Origin: Escherichia coli | GTDB taxonomy: Bacteria; Pseudomonadota; Gammaproteobacteria; Enterobacterales; Enterobacteriaceae | Reading direction: 5' to 3' (one strand) | Length of the DNA: 32,000 nt | Assembly (NCBI RefSeq): GCF_048572675.1 | Contig: NZ_CP123346.1 | Shown here: piece after piece, positions 20,033 to 29,501 of the stretch | Position numbering within the stretch: the stretch's first letter is position 1 | Layout of the letters: each line of letters opens with the position of its first letter | Notes under the pieces: generated by a model | What the model was told of the DNA's origin: nothing | Database searches by the model: none | Seen by the model: only the letters and a program-made list of their open reading frames with translations | Translations under genes and position numbers: made by a program

Positions 20033-22775
20033 TCTTATCCGTCAGGTTATCAGTGCGTCTGAAAACAACTGGCCTCATGTGCTGGGCTGCCTGAACATAA
20101 ATGTCCCTGACTCTCCGCGCCGTCATGCTCCCTGCCCTGCATGTGGGGGCAAAGATCGATTCCGGTTCGATGACAACGGGCGCGGTAGCTTCATCTGTAA
20201 TCAGTGCGGCGCTGGTGATGGGCTGGATTTAATTAAACGCGTAAATAACTGCGACACAACAGAGGCGGCGCTTCTTGCCGCTGATGTTCTGGGTATTGAT
20301 TACCGGACAACGGAAACACCAGAAGCCACCAGCCAGAAACGGGAACAACTGGAAACCGAGCGCCAGCGACGCGAACAGGAGCGCCTGAAAAGGGCAGAGA
20401 AGGACGAACAACAAAGACGGGATACGTTTTCCCGTCAGTTTGATGACATGCGCAGAAAGGCTGTAAACGGTAAATCTGATTATCTGGTTGCGAAAGGGGT
20501 AGGTGATTTTACATTCCCCGTGTTGCCCGATGGATCTCTGTTGCTGGCGCTGGTGGATAAATCCGGCGCAGTCACAGCAGCACAGACTATTACATCACAT
20601 GGTGAAAAAAGACTCCTGACAGGTTCAGCAAAGCGGGGGGCATATCACGCCATAAACGCGCCAGAAACAACACAGAGCATCTTAATCGCAGAAGGGCTGG
20701 CAACGGCATTATCTGCCCATTTAATTCGTCCAGAGGCGCTGACAGTGGCGGCGATTGATGCCGGGAACCTGTTATATGTCGCCCAGGTACTGCGGGATAA
20801 ATTTCCTTCAGCACAAATCATCATTGCTGCGGATAACGACCACAGCGAAGGAAGACAAAACACGGGGAGAATAGCAGCAGAAAAAGCAGCTTTATCTGTT
20901 TCTGGATGGGTGGCATTACCCCCGACAGATCACAAAGCAGACTGGAATGATTACCACCAAAAACACGGCATTAAATGCGCCACAGAAGCGTTCAATAAGT
21001 CAATGTACCAACCACAGGGTAATGGCGTGAAACAGGAGCCACAGACCATTGAGGGAAGCGATTTTAAGGTTATGGATACCGACCCACTGAAACCAAGAAT
21101 AGAAAGCCGCGAGGATGGTATTTATTGGGTATCTCCGAGAGCTGACAGCCAGAGTGGAGAAATCATCAATAACGAAAGCTGGTTATGTTCTCCGTTAAGC
21201 GTTATCGGTACTGGCAGAGACGATAAAGACCAGTATCTCATTCTTCGCTGGCTGTCGTTTGGTTCTGAAACGCCGACAACCGCTGCCATTCCACTGGCTG
21301 ATATTGGTGAACGTGAAGGATGGCGCACACTTAAAGCTGGTGGGGTAAATGTCACGACCAAAAGCAGCCTCAGAGCAATACTGGCAGACTGGCTACAACG
21401 CAGTGGCTCTCGTGAATTGTGGCGTGTTGCTCATGCCACTGGCTGGCAATGCGGAGCGTACATCATGCCTGATGGGGAAATCATCGGAACACCTGAAAAT
21501 CCTGTGCTGTTCAGCGGGAGAAGCTCAGCCGCAGCCGGATATACCGTCTCAGGGAGCGCGAAAAGCTGGCGTGATAACGTGGCGCGTCTGGCCTTTGGTA
21601 ACTATTCAATGATGACCGGGATCGGCGCAGCACTGGCAGCGCCATTGATTGGGCTGGTGGGCGCTGACGGGTTCGGCATTCATTTCTATGAGCAGTCGAG
21701 CGCAGGTAAGACCACCACGGCAAACGTGGCGAGCAGCTTATACGGCAACCCTGATTTACTGCGGCTGACGTGGTACGGAACCGCGCTGGGGCTGGCAAAT
21801 GAAGCTGCCGCCCACAATGACGGACTAATGCCGCTTGATGAAGTTGGTCAGGGCGCTGATCCTGTCAGTGTTTCACAGTCTGCCTATGCGTTATTTAACG
21901 GTGTAGGGAAACTGCAAGGCGCTAAAGATGGTGGAAACCGGGATCTAAAACGCTGGCGTACAGTGGCAATCAGCACCGGAGAAATGGATTTAGAAACATT
22001 TATCGCTACTTCCGGGCGAAAAACCAAAGCCGGGCAACTGGTGCGACTGCTGAATATTCCGTTGAGTAAAGCAGTACGCTTTCACGATTACCAGAACGGA
22101 AAACAGCACGCAGACGCACTGAAAGACGCTTACCAGCATCACCACGGCGCGTCCGGGCGTGAGTGGATTAAATGGCTGGCAGACCACCAGCAACAGGCTA
22201 TTAAAACTGTTCGTGATTGCGAAAGCAGATGGAGAAGCCTGATCCCATCCGATTATGGTGAGCAGGTTCACCGTGTAGCCGCGCGATTTGCCATTCTGGA
22301 GGCCGCATTGTTGTTAGGCGAGGTTGTAACAGGCTGGGATGCTCAGACATGCCGTGATGCGATACAGCACAGCTATAACGCATGGTTGCGCGAGTTCGGC
22401 ACAGGTAACAAAGAGCATCAGCAGATTATTGAACAAACGGAGGCATTTCTTAATGCCTATGGGCTTAGCCGTTTTGCACCATTTCCATACAGCCCGGCAG
22501 ATTTGCCCATCAAAGATTTAGCCGGATACCGTCAGCGTGGAGAACATGACGAAAGCCCAATGATTTTCTACACATTCCCGGCCACATTTGAAAAGGAGAT
22601 CGCATGTGGTTTCAACGCAAAACAGTTTGCTGAAGTGTTGAAAAAAGCCGGGATGCTAACCCCACCAAACAGCGGTCGTGGATACCAAAGAAAATCACCA
22701 CGTATTCAGGGACGACAAATAAACGTTTATGTACTCAATTACCAGCCAGGAGATTATAACTCATCTGAAGAATGA
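20016..22775 (+). CDS. P4 alpha-like replication protein (zinc-binding primase / Toprim / DUF927 helicase)
   Basis: 919 aa; N-terminal zinc motif CPACGGKDRFRFDDNGRGSFICNQCGAGDGLDL, Toprim-like ILIAEGLATALS...IIIAADND, Walker-like YEQSSAGKTTTANVASSLYG. Confidence 0.92.
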   Translation: MMRNIDLIRQVISASENNWPHVLGCLNINVPDSPRRHAPCPACGGKDRFRFDDNGRGSFICNQCGAGDGLDLIKRVNNCDTTEAALLAADVLGIDYRTTETPEATSQKREQLETERQRREQERLKRAEKDEQQRRDTFSRQFDDMRRKAVNGKSDYLVAKGVGDFTFPVLPDGSLLLALVDKSGAVTAAQTITSHGEKRLLTGSAKRGAYHAINAPETTQSILIAEGLATALSAHLIRPEALTVAAIDAGNLLYVAQVLRDKFPSAQIIIAADNDHSEGRQNTGRIAAEKAALSVSGWVALPPTDHKADWNDYHQKHGIKCATEAFNKSMYQPQGNGVKQEPQTIEGSDFKVMDTDPLKPRIESREDGIYWVSPRADSQSGEIINNESWLCSPLSVIGTGRDDKDQYLILRWLSFGSETPTTAAIPLADIGEREGWRTLKAGGVNVTTKSSLRAILADWLQRSGSRELWRVAHATGWQCGAYIMPDGEIIGTPENPVLFSGRSSAAAGYTVSGSAKSWRDNVARLAFGNYSMMTGIGAALAAPLIGLVGADGFGIHFYEQSSAGKTTTANVASSLYGNPDLLRLTWYGTALGLANEAAAHNDGLMPLDEVGQGADPVSVSQSAYALFNGVGKLQGAKDGGNRDLKRWRTVAISTGEMDLETFIATSGRKTKAGQLVRLLNIPLSKAVRFHDYQNGKQHADALKDAYQHHHGASGREWIKWLADHQQQAIKTVRDCESRWRSLIPSDYGEQVHRVAARFAILEAALLLGEVVTGWDAQTCRDAIQHSYNAWLREFGTGNKEHQQIIEQTEAFLNAYGLSRFAPFPYSPADLPIKDLAGYRQRGEHDESPMIFYTFPATFEKEIACGFNAKQFAEVLKKAGMLTPPNSGRGYQRKSPRIQGRQINVYVLNYQPGDYNSSEE

Positions 22776-22793
22776 GCTTCTTCATGTGCGTAG

Positions 22794-22911
22794 AAAAGGT
22801 GTTGGTTCAGTTGGTTCAGTTGGTTCAATTTGTAAAGGGTATTGTTTTATAAGGATTTTATTCTTTTTATTGAACCAACACTGAACCAACAACACGGTAT
22901 TTTGAACCAAC
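22794..22911. repeat. Iteron cluster 1 (candidate replication origin element)
   Basis: GTTGGTTCA x3 tandem (22801, 22810, 22819) and inverted TGAACCAAC at 22871, 22882, 22903. Confidence 0.85.
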
Positions 22912-23233
22912 ACAATGTGACTGAATTGATGCGCACAACACCTGGCTGGCATCAGAGAGTGTTTTACGAGACTTTCGTAAAATCCTGTGTACAAGGGCGT
23001 GACGTTTTTGAAAGTGAGCACTACGAAATTTTCGTAGTTCAAAAAACAGCCTCTGAGAAGTTGTTATGCCTGTTCAGCAAACCATCCGCATAGCTGATCG
23101 CGAATCAAATTACCAATGGAGCCAGAAGCAAGGGCAGAACTGAAAAGCGCCTGCCGTGAAGAGTAATGCGACACCATAAATATAGTTTTTAGAGTCCATA
23201 AAAAACCTGTCAAAACCTGACACACAGAACGAC

Positions 23234-23263
23234 GCCACCAGCTACTGAGCGGTGGCATTTTTT
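23234..23263 (+). terminator. Intrinsic terminator
   Basis: GCCACC a GCT actg AGC GGTGGC followed by A and a T-run. Confidence 0.75.
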
Positions 23264-23325
23264 TGTGCTATTTGTTTCATATTCTGCAATTACGATGATG
23301 AATATTGCGATTTGTGAAACTATAA

Positions 23326-23347
23326 TAACTGTTGTTTTATACAGTTA
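23326..23347. promoter_or_regulatory. Putative operator upstream of small regulator
   Basis: TAACTGT ttgtttta-type spacer ACAGTTA (arms 23326-23332 and 23341-23347), 12 nt before ATG 23360. Confidence 0.45.
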
Positions 23348-23359
23348 TAAGGGGGCGTT

Positions 23360-23521
23360 ATGGCTATTTCAGTAAAGCCGGTATTGATAAGTGAGAAGCA
23401 AATGGAAGCGATAAAGAAAATTCAGGAAGAGCAGCGTAAAAAATCAGGAATTGGAGTAGCGCCAACTCTGCATGAAATTGCACGAGGGTTAATAGATAAG
23501 GCGCTGGCAGGCTGTATGTGA
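23360..23521 (+). CDS. Small ribbon-helix-helix-like (Arc/CopG-like) putative DNA-binding protein
   Basis: 53 aa MAISVKPVLISEKQMEAIKKIQEEQRKKSGIGVAPTLHEIARGLIDKALAGCM. Confidence 0.55.
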   Translation: MAISVKPVLISEKQMEAIKKIQEEQRKKSGIGVAPTLHEIARGLIDKALAGCM

Positions 23522-23537
23522 AAATGGATGGCATCGC

Positions 23538-23999
23538 ATGGAACTAAAATTTATTGATAACCCTGTGCGATTACAGGCCTTTCTTAACGAGCCAGGCAAT
23601 ACCGAAAATATTGTTGAGCCGGGGCACACGTACTACATCAAGCCTGATGCGGTATATCTCGGCATCTACGAAGGATTAGTGCTGGCTGGCGTTCATGAAG
23701 TGCGTAACTTCTGGCATAGCGTTGTTGAATGCCATGCGGTGTACGACCCCGGATTCCGTGGTGAATATGCACTGCAAGGGCATCGATTATTCTGCAAATG
23801 GCTTCTCGAAAACTCACCATTCCTTAACAGCATCACTATGGTTCCTGACACCACGAAATATGGACGGGCAATTATCCGTTTGCTTGGCGCTACCCGTGTT
23901 GGTCACCTTGATGATGCTTATATCAGATGTGGTAAACCCGTCGGCGTAACGCTTTATCAGTTAACTCGGCAACAATATAAGGAATTCAGCGAATGTTAA
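23538..23999 (+). CDS. P22 gp14-like head assembly protein (DUF2824-like)
   Basis: 153 aa; position immediately upstream of gp7-like gene as in P22; sequence resembles the family. Confidence 0.8.
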   Translation: MELKFIDNPVRLQAFLNEPGNTENIVEPGHTYYIKPDAVYLGIYEGLVLAGVHEVRNFWHSVVECHAVYDPGFRGEYALQGHRLFCKWLLENSPFLNSITMVPDTTKYGRAIIRLLGATRVGHLDDAYIRCGKPVGVTLYQLTRQQYKEFSEC

Positions 24000-24670
24000 T
24001 TACCCATATAGCTCATAAACATCTCAATCGTGCCGTATACGAAAAAGGCGGTGATGGTGGTGCCTCTAAAGCTCAGGCGAAGGCCCAGCAGCAGGCAATT
24101 GATTTGCAGCGCGAGCAGTGGAATACGGTGATGAATAATCTCAAGCCGTATGCAGAAGTCGGATTGCCTGCTTTACAACAACTGCAAGGACTGATGACTC
24201 TGGAAGGGCAGAATAAAGCCGCGAATGATTTCTTTGGTTCTGGTTTATATAAAACACAGGCAGATCAGGCCCGTTATCAGAACCTTGTCTCAGCAGAAGC
24301 TACCGGGGGGCTTGGCTCAACAGCTACCAGTAACCAGTTATCTTCCATTGCGCCCATGCTTTATAACAATTGGCTCAGTGGGCAAATGCAAAATTATGGA
24401 AACCTGCTAAATGTCGGGATGAATGCGGCATCAGGGCAGGCAACAGCAGGGCAAAACTACGCCAATAATACCGGGCAACTCTTGCAGGGGCTTGGCGCTA
24501 TTCGTGCAGGTCAGGCGCAGCAGCCATCCAGTCTTGCGCGTGGTATTGGTGGGGCGGCATCAGGCGCTTTAGCGGGTGCGCAACTTGGTTCCGTTGTTCC
24601 GGGTATAGGTAATGTCGCCGGGGCTATTGGTGGTGGGCTTATTGGTCTTGTTGGGGGGGTTGGATTCTAA
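23993..24670 (+). CDS. P22 gp7-like DNA transfer (ejection) protein
   Basis: 225 aa, KAQAKAQQQAIDLQREQW..., Gly/Ala-rich C-terminus; gene order 14-7-20-16. Confidence 0.88.
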   Translation: MLITHIAHKHLNRAVYEKGGDGGASKAQAKAQQQAIDLQREQWNTVMNNLKPYAEVGLPALQQLQGLMTLEGQNKAANDFFGSGLYKTQADQARYQNLVSAEATGGLGSTATSNQLSSIAPMLYNNWLSGQMQNYGNLLNVGMNAASGQATAGQNYANNTGQLLQGLGAIRAGQAQQPSSLARGIGGAASGALAGAQLGSVVPGIGNVAGAIGGGLIGLVGGVGF

Positions 24671-26076
24671 TGGCGACATGGCAACTTGGCGGGCTGCCTA
24701 GCATGGCACCGCAAAATGATAATGCTCCTCGTTCTTCCGTTCCTCAGCCTGTGCAGTATCAGCAGCAGCCAAACGTAGGTTTAATGGCGCTACAGGGGCT
24801 AAGAGGCGTTGCTGAGATTAATCAGCAGGCACGTCAACAACAGCGTAAAGCAGAGTTTCAGAAAGCATATGCCGGGGCTTTTGAGTCTGGAGACAGAAAC
24901 AAAATGCGCAGTCTTATTTCTGAGTATCCAGAAGAATTTGAAAGCGTTCAGAAAGGGATGGGCTTTATTGATGACGACCAGAGAAATTCTATTGGTCATC
25001 TTGCGACTAGTGCTCAAATCGCATCTTCGCTCGGAACTGGGGCATTTGGAAAATTCATAGCAGATAACGAAGATGAAATGCGTCGCTTGGGAATTTCTCC
25101 TGAGTCTGTTGCCGAAATGCATGTTAATGATCCACAGGGATTCCAGCGGCTTGCTGGTAGTATGGCACTGTTTTCTCTCGGTCATGAGAAGTATTTCGAT
25201 ATCAAAGATCAAATGGAAGGTCGGGATATTGAGCGTGGCAAGTTGGCAGAGACGATTCGCAGCAATAAAGCTGGGGAAGGTTTAAAGGCGCAAAGCATTG
25301 CTGTTAGCCGTGAAAACTCCCTGCGCACTGCTGGAGGTGCTGTTCCTGCATCTGTTAAAGAATATCAATATTTCAACAGCCTGTCTCCAGAGCAACAAAA
25401 GACATATCTTCGTGTTCGAGGTCGTCCTGATGCTGGCGGGGAGAATGTTGTGCAACTGGCAGATGGCAGAACGGTAACGGTTGGTAGGAAGCTTCACGGC
25501 GCTGGTGCTAATGCGTTCTACGAAGGAATAGACAACGAGGGCAATATGATTCGCGTCCCCGCCAGTTCTATTGCTGCTCCGGCTACATCGGCAGCTAATG
25601 CACAGAATTACGAAATGAAGAAAGATCTTGATGCAATTTCTGGCGCATCAATTGACGATCTTGGCTTCATGACAGGTATTACAGGTTCTTCAGGTTCTTT
25701 TGCTCTTGGTGCAGATATTCGTAGCAGGGCATCTGGTGTTGAGGAGAGGAGGCTATACAACGCTGCACAGCGAATCATGGGCAAAATGCAAAATCAGGGG
25801 ATTGCGGCAGCCCGAGATATGGGGGCATCTGGCATCAACACCGAAGCAGAGGCCAATAGGTATTTTCAGGGTATGCCAAAGCCTGATTTCTCAAGCCCTG
25901 AAGCACTACAACAATCAATGCGCGACATTCAGCAATATACCGACAATTACAACCAGCAATATAACGTTAATGTCGGTAATGGCGGGAAGAAATCATCAAG
26001 GCAACAGCCAGCTACTCAGCAATCAGCAGGAGGTAGCTACACGTCAAAATCAGGCATTCAATTTACGGTGGAATGA
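24670..26076 (+). CDS. P22 gp20-like DNA transfer (ejection) protein
   Basis: 468 aa MATWQLGGLPSMAPQNDN..., located between gp7- and gp16-like genes. Confidence 0.88.
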   Translation: MATWQLGGLPSMAPQNDNAPRSSVPQPVQYQQQPNVGLMALQGLRGVAEINQQARQQQRKAEFQKAYAGAFESGDRNKMRSLISEYPEEFESVQKGMGFIDDDQRNSIGHLATSAQIASSLGTGAFGKFIADNEDEMRRLGISPESVAEMHVNDPQGFQRLAGSMALFSLGHEKYFDIKDQMEGRDIERGKLAETIRSNKAGEGLKAQSIAVSRENSLRTAGGAVPASVKEYQYFNSLSPEQQKTYLRVRGRPDAGGENVVQLADGRTVTVGRKLHGAGANAFYEGIDNEGNMIRVPASSIAAPATSAANAQNYEMKKDLDAISGASIDDLGFMTGITGSSGSFALGADIRSRASGVEERRLYNAAQRIMGKMQNQGIAAARDMGASGINTEAEANRYFQGMPKPDFSSPEALQQSMRDIQQYTDNYNQQYNVNVGNGGKKSSRQQPATQQSAGGSYTSKSGIQFTVE

Positions 26077-28088
26077 TGAAAGTAACTGCAAACGGTAAGA
26101 CATTTACCTTCCCTGATGGTACGAGCACCGAAGATATTGGCACCGCCATTGATGAGTATTTTGCTGGTCAGTCAGCACCAACACAACAAGGTGTTCAGCA
26201 ATCGCCAGCAGACAACTCTCTTGCGTCAGGGTATGCAAAGTTAGCTACTCAGCAAAGAGAGGGGCTTGAGCGTTCAGCAGAACAGGGAGCCAGCCTTGGG
26301 GCTGCGATGCGCGATGCTATAACAGGCGAAAGCCGAATGACTCCAGAGATGGAGAGACTGCAAAATGTCGACCTTGCCCCAGAGTTAACCTCACTCAGCA
26401 TGGATGCTCTAAAAGCTCGATGGTCTCAACTTTTCGGCTCTGACGCATCTCAGGAAAAGATTCTTCAGAGCATGGGAGCGAAATTAAGGCAGGATGAGAA
26501 GGGTAACACTATCGTTTCCCTGCCATCCGGTGATTATGCTCTGAACAAGCCGGGTTTATCGCCGCAAGACGTGGCATCGTTTCTGGCTAATGCGCTGGCG
26601 TTTACACCAGCGGGCAGGGCTGGAACGGTGCTTGGTGCCATAGGAAAATCAGCAGCTACAGATTTAGCACTACAGGGAGCCACCAGCCTTGCTGGTGGAG
26701 AAGATATTGATCCGTTACAAACGGTAATTTCTTCTGGCATTGGCGGCATTGGTAAGGGGCTGGAGAATACAGCGAGTGCGGTTTCGAGGGCTGTTCGTGG
26801 TGATATGGCACCGGAAGCGAAAGCCGCTGTTGATTTTGCATCGGAAAGAAACCTGCCGTTAATGACCAGTGACATGCTGAAAGATAAAACCTTTATGCAG
26901 AGTCAGGCCCAGACATTAGGCGAAAGAGTTCCTTTTTTTGGAACCGGTAAGAATCGGCTGAATCAACAACAGGCACGAGAAAATTTAGTCAGAACATTTA
27001 GCGATGGTCTGGGAGGCATTTCAGATAAACAGCTTTATGAATCTGCGACTAAAGGGCAACAAAAATTCATTGAGGCAGCAGGAAAGCGATATAACCGCAT
27101 AATTGACGCTATGGGGGATACCCCTGTCGATCTCTCAAACACGGTAAAAGCTATCGACAATCAGATTGCCGTGTTAAGCCGCCCGGGCAAATCTCAGGAT
27201 AGAGCCGCGGTAAAAGTCTTGCAGCAATTTAAAGACGATATCACCAGCGGACCAAATGACCTGCGTCTGGCGAGGGAAAACAGAACCGATCTTCGAAAGC
27301 GATTTATGGCGTCATCTGACACTGTTGATAAAGATACGCTCCAGAAAGCCAGCGATATTATCTACAAGGCATATACGGCGGATATGAAAAAAGCCGTAGC
27401 CAAAAATCTTGGAGCAGACGAAGCCATTAATATGGCAAGGGTTGATCGCTCATGGTCTAAATTCAATGACATGATGGGAAGAACGCGCGTTCAAAAGGCA
27501 ATAGCCAGCGGCAAGGCCACGCCTGAGGATGTAACAAAACTCGTTTTTAGCCAAAGCCCATCAGAACGTTCTCAGCTTTACAGGCTTCTGGATGACAATG
27601 GTAGGCAAAACGCACGAGCAGCCATAGTTCAGAATGCTGTAGATAAGGCGACTGATCCGTCTGGAAATATCAGTGTTGAGAAGTTTATTAATGCGTTACA
27701 CCGGAACAGGAAGCAATCAGCAACTTTCTTTAAAGGCGTACATGGAAAGGAACTGGACGGCGTTATTAAATACCTCAACGATACAAGACACGCGGCAAAA
27801 GCGAACGTTCAAAACTTAAATGGTCAGCAGCTTTATGGATTGTTAGTTGGTGGTGGCATCATAAACGCAGCAGTATTAGCGGGGATGCTAAAAACGGCTG
27901 CGTTTGTTGTTCCTGCTGCTGGTGCCGTAGGCGGAGCAGCGAAGGCATACGAAAGCCCTGTTATACGAAATGCCTTGTTACGTCTGGCAAATACGCCAAA
28001 AGGTAGCACAGCATATGACAGAGCGATCAGTAAGGTCACACAATCGCTCACCAGAGTCGCACAGGCATCACAAAAAGAAGCTCAATAA
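26073..28088 (+). CDS. P22 gp16-like DNA transfer (ejection) protein
   Basis: 671 aa MMKVTANGKTFTFPDGTSTEDIGTAIDEYF...; ATGATG overlap with the preceding gene. Confidence 0.9.
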   Translation: MMKVTANGKTFTFPDGTSTEDIGTAIDEYFAGQSAPTQQGVQQSPADNSLASGYAKLATQQREGLERSAEQGASLGAAMRDAITGESRMTPEMERLQNVDLAPELTSLSMDALKARWSQLFGSDASQEKILQSMGAKLRQDEKGNTIVSLPSGDYALNKPGLSPQDVASFLANALAFTPAGRAGTVLGAIGKSAATDLALQGATSLAGGEDIDPLQTVISSGIGGIGKGLENTASAVSRAVRGDMAPEAKAAVDFASERNLPLMTSDMLKDKTFMQSQAQTLGERVPFFGTGKNRLNQQQARENLVRTFSDGLGGISDKQLYESATKGQQKFIEAAGKRYNRIIDAMGDTPVDLSNTVKAIDNQIAVLSRPGKSQDRAAVKVLQQFKDDITSGPNDLRLARENRTDLRKRFMASSDTVDKDTLQKASDIIYKAYTADMKKAVAKNLGADEAINMARVDRSWSKFNDMMGRTRVQKAIASGKATPEDVTKLVFSQSPSERSQLYRLLDDNGRQNARAAIVQNAVDKATDPSGNISVEKFINALHRNRKQSATFFKGVHGKELDGVIKYLNDTRHAAKANVQNLNGQQLYGLLVGGGIINAAVLAGMLKTAAFVVPAAGAVGGAAKAYESPVIRNALLRLANTPKGSTAYDRAISKVTQSLTRVAQASQKEAQ

Positions 28089-28107
28089 CTGGTTAGCCAT
28101 GGATGGC

Positions 28108-28722
28108 TTAGATATCTCTGCTGTCTCCATTAGGAAATAAAAGATAATATGGATTTGCCTTTCTTGCTCTCCTTGCTTCACCCGGATACCTGTTAGTCAG
28201 TAGCTTGCATAATGAGCAGAGAACAACACTCAAGAAAATTCCGAATGAGAAGATCAATATCTCACCAAAAATCAATGGCGATATTAAATTTTCAGGATTT
28301 AATGATAAGTCAATGTTAAAAACATATTGAGCAATACCAGTAAGTATCAATAATATAATCCCTATAGAATACATTGCTGTTTCCCAAACATCAGACAGTC
28401 TATTTTTGAATCGTTCGCTGGAGTAGTAGTTTGTTATAAAGTCTGAAAAATCACTCTCATATGCATCATCTTTAGGTGATGTTAGAAATCCTCTGTCTCT
28501 CCATACCTTCTCCCAATTAGTCGATTCTTTTTTTAAGGAAAAATAAATATGTATTGCCAAAAGGATAGCCAAAATTGGTGTTAGCTCTAAAAAATAGAAT
28601 GTTATGGAATAAATAATACTGCCATGTTCAAACTCATCTGGGACTATCATGTATGCACAAAAATAAATTGAAAAGTACACCATGCAGATAGTTAGCAATT
28701 CTTTAGTATCTTTTCTGCTCAC
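28108..28722 (-). CDS. Hypothetical inner-membrane protein with about 4 TM segments; SieA-position candidate
   Basis: 204 aa; hydrophobic segments LLTICMVYFSIYFCAYMIV, FYFLELTPILAILLAIHIYF, AMYSIGIILLILTGIAQYVF, LIFGEILIFSFGIFLSVVLCSL; convergent with gp16-like gene. Confidence 0.7.
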   Translation of the reverse strand: MSRKDTKELLTICMVYFSIYFCAYMIVPDEFEHGSIIYSITFYFLELTPILAILLAIHIYFSLKKESTNWEKVWRDRGFLTSPKDDAYESDFSDFITNYYSSERFKNRLSDVWETAMYSIGIILLILTGIAQYVFNIDLSLNPENLISPLIFGEILIFSFGIFLSVVLCSLCKLLTNRYPGEARRARKANPYYLLFPNGDSRDI

Positions 28723-28748
28723 ACCAACCCCCTTTAGCGTTGTTTAGA

Positions 28749-29018
28749 ATGGCAATCATCATATATCCAAGACATGGCATTTGGTACATAGCTTGGGTCG
28801 GGATTTCAAATCCGCTCCCAGTTGATGGGGTCGTTACAGTACGCGCATATCCGCTTTATGTGAAACAGGAAGATTTTTCTGATATCACTGCCACAGCAAA
28901 ACACCAATTTCGAGACAAGTACGCGCGCGAGGGGTATCAGTTGCAAAATTTTTTGCAACTGCGTCCGACCAGTACGCACACGATGGCGGGGGATACCATG
29001 AAACTGTTCTCTACATAA
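28749..29018 (+). CDS. Hypothetical small protein
   Basis: From ATG 28749: MAIIIYPRHGIWYIAWVGISNPLPVDGVVTVRAYPL... Confidence 0.45.
   Translation: MAIIIYPRHGIWYIAWVGISNPLPVDGVVTVRAYPLYVKQEDFSDITATAKHQFRDKYAREGYQLQNFLQLRPTSTHTMAGDTMKLFST
28938..28961. repeat. Perfect 24-nt palindrome
   Basis: CAGTTGCAAAA tt TTTTGCAACTG, 11-bp arms. Confidence 0.85.
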
Positions 29019-29399
29019 GTCAGAGTGGTGGTGATGTGTTGATTATCGGCGTATATGCGCACAGGACGCGCTATGACAATGTTTTATGCGGGTACACCAA
29101 TCACATGTATCTGGTGTGATAAATCGCGTTACATGACATCTCATGTTGTGCTGGTGGTTATCACGACGTTCTGAATCTGGCCTTTGCCTGATATTTTGCG
29201 ACAAGTACGCGCGCGTAGCATCGAAATTATCGGATGGCGTATGCTGCTGGCAATATGAAGACCGATAGTATTAACCGAAAAGCGATTAAGGAGTGCCAAC
29301 TTTTCAGTAGAGAAACTAGCCAGCATAGGAAAATGTAGAAATTACCCAATTAATAGGTAAAAATTATTGACACAGCCTGTAGTGGATAACGATATGAAT

Positions 29400-29422
29400 A
29401 AAAACCACATATAGTGGTTTTT
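29400..29422. terminator. Bidirectional terminator-like hairpin
   Basis: AAAAACCAC atata GTGGTTTTT, 9-bp arms with A/T tracts on both sides. Confidence 0.75.
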
Positions 29423-29468
29423 CGTGAGTGATGATAGTATCTATGTTAGTTTCCTAAGTAACTGTGCA

Positions 29469-29496
29469 TTGACATGTGGATAACTTCGGATAGAGT
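29469..29496 (+). promoter_or_regulatory. Candidate sigma70 promoter for the small RNA upstream of the Abi gene
   Basis: TTGACA (29469-29474), 16-bp spacer, TAGAGT (29491-29496). Confidence 0.5.
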
Positions 29497-29501
29497 TACA
29501 G

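Noticed and set aside
22842-23093. 83-aa plus-strand ORF
   Set aside because: Starts inside iteron cluster 1 and spans palindromes; no recognisable protein, so more likely noncoding origin region.
23064-23258. 64-aa minus-strand ORF
   Set aside because: Overlaps the terminator and low-complexity intergenic DNA; no family resemblance.
24799-25212. 137-aa minus-strand ORF
   Set aside because: Wholly antisense to the gp20-like ejection gene.
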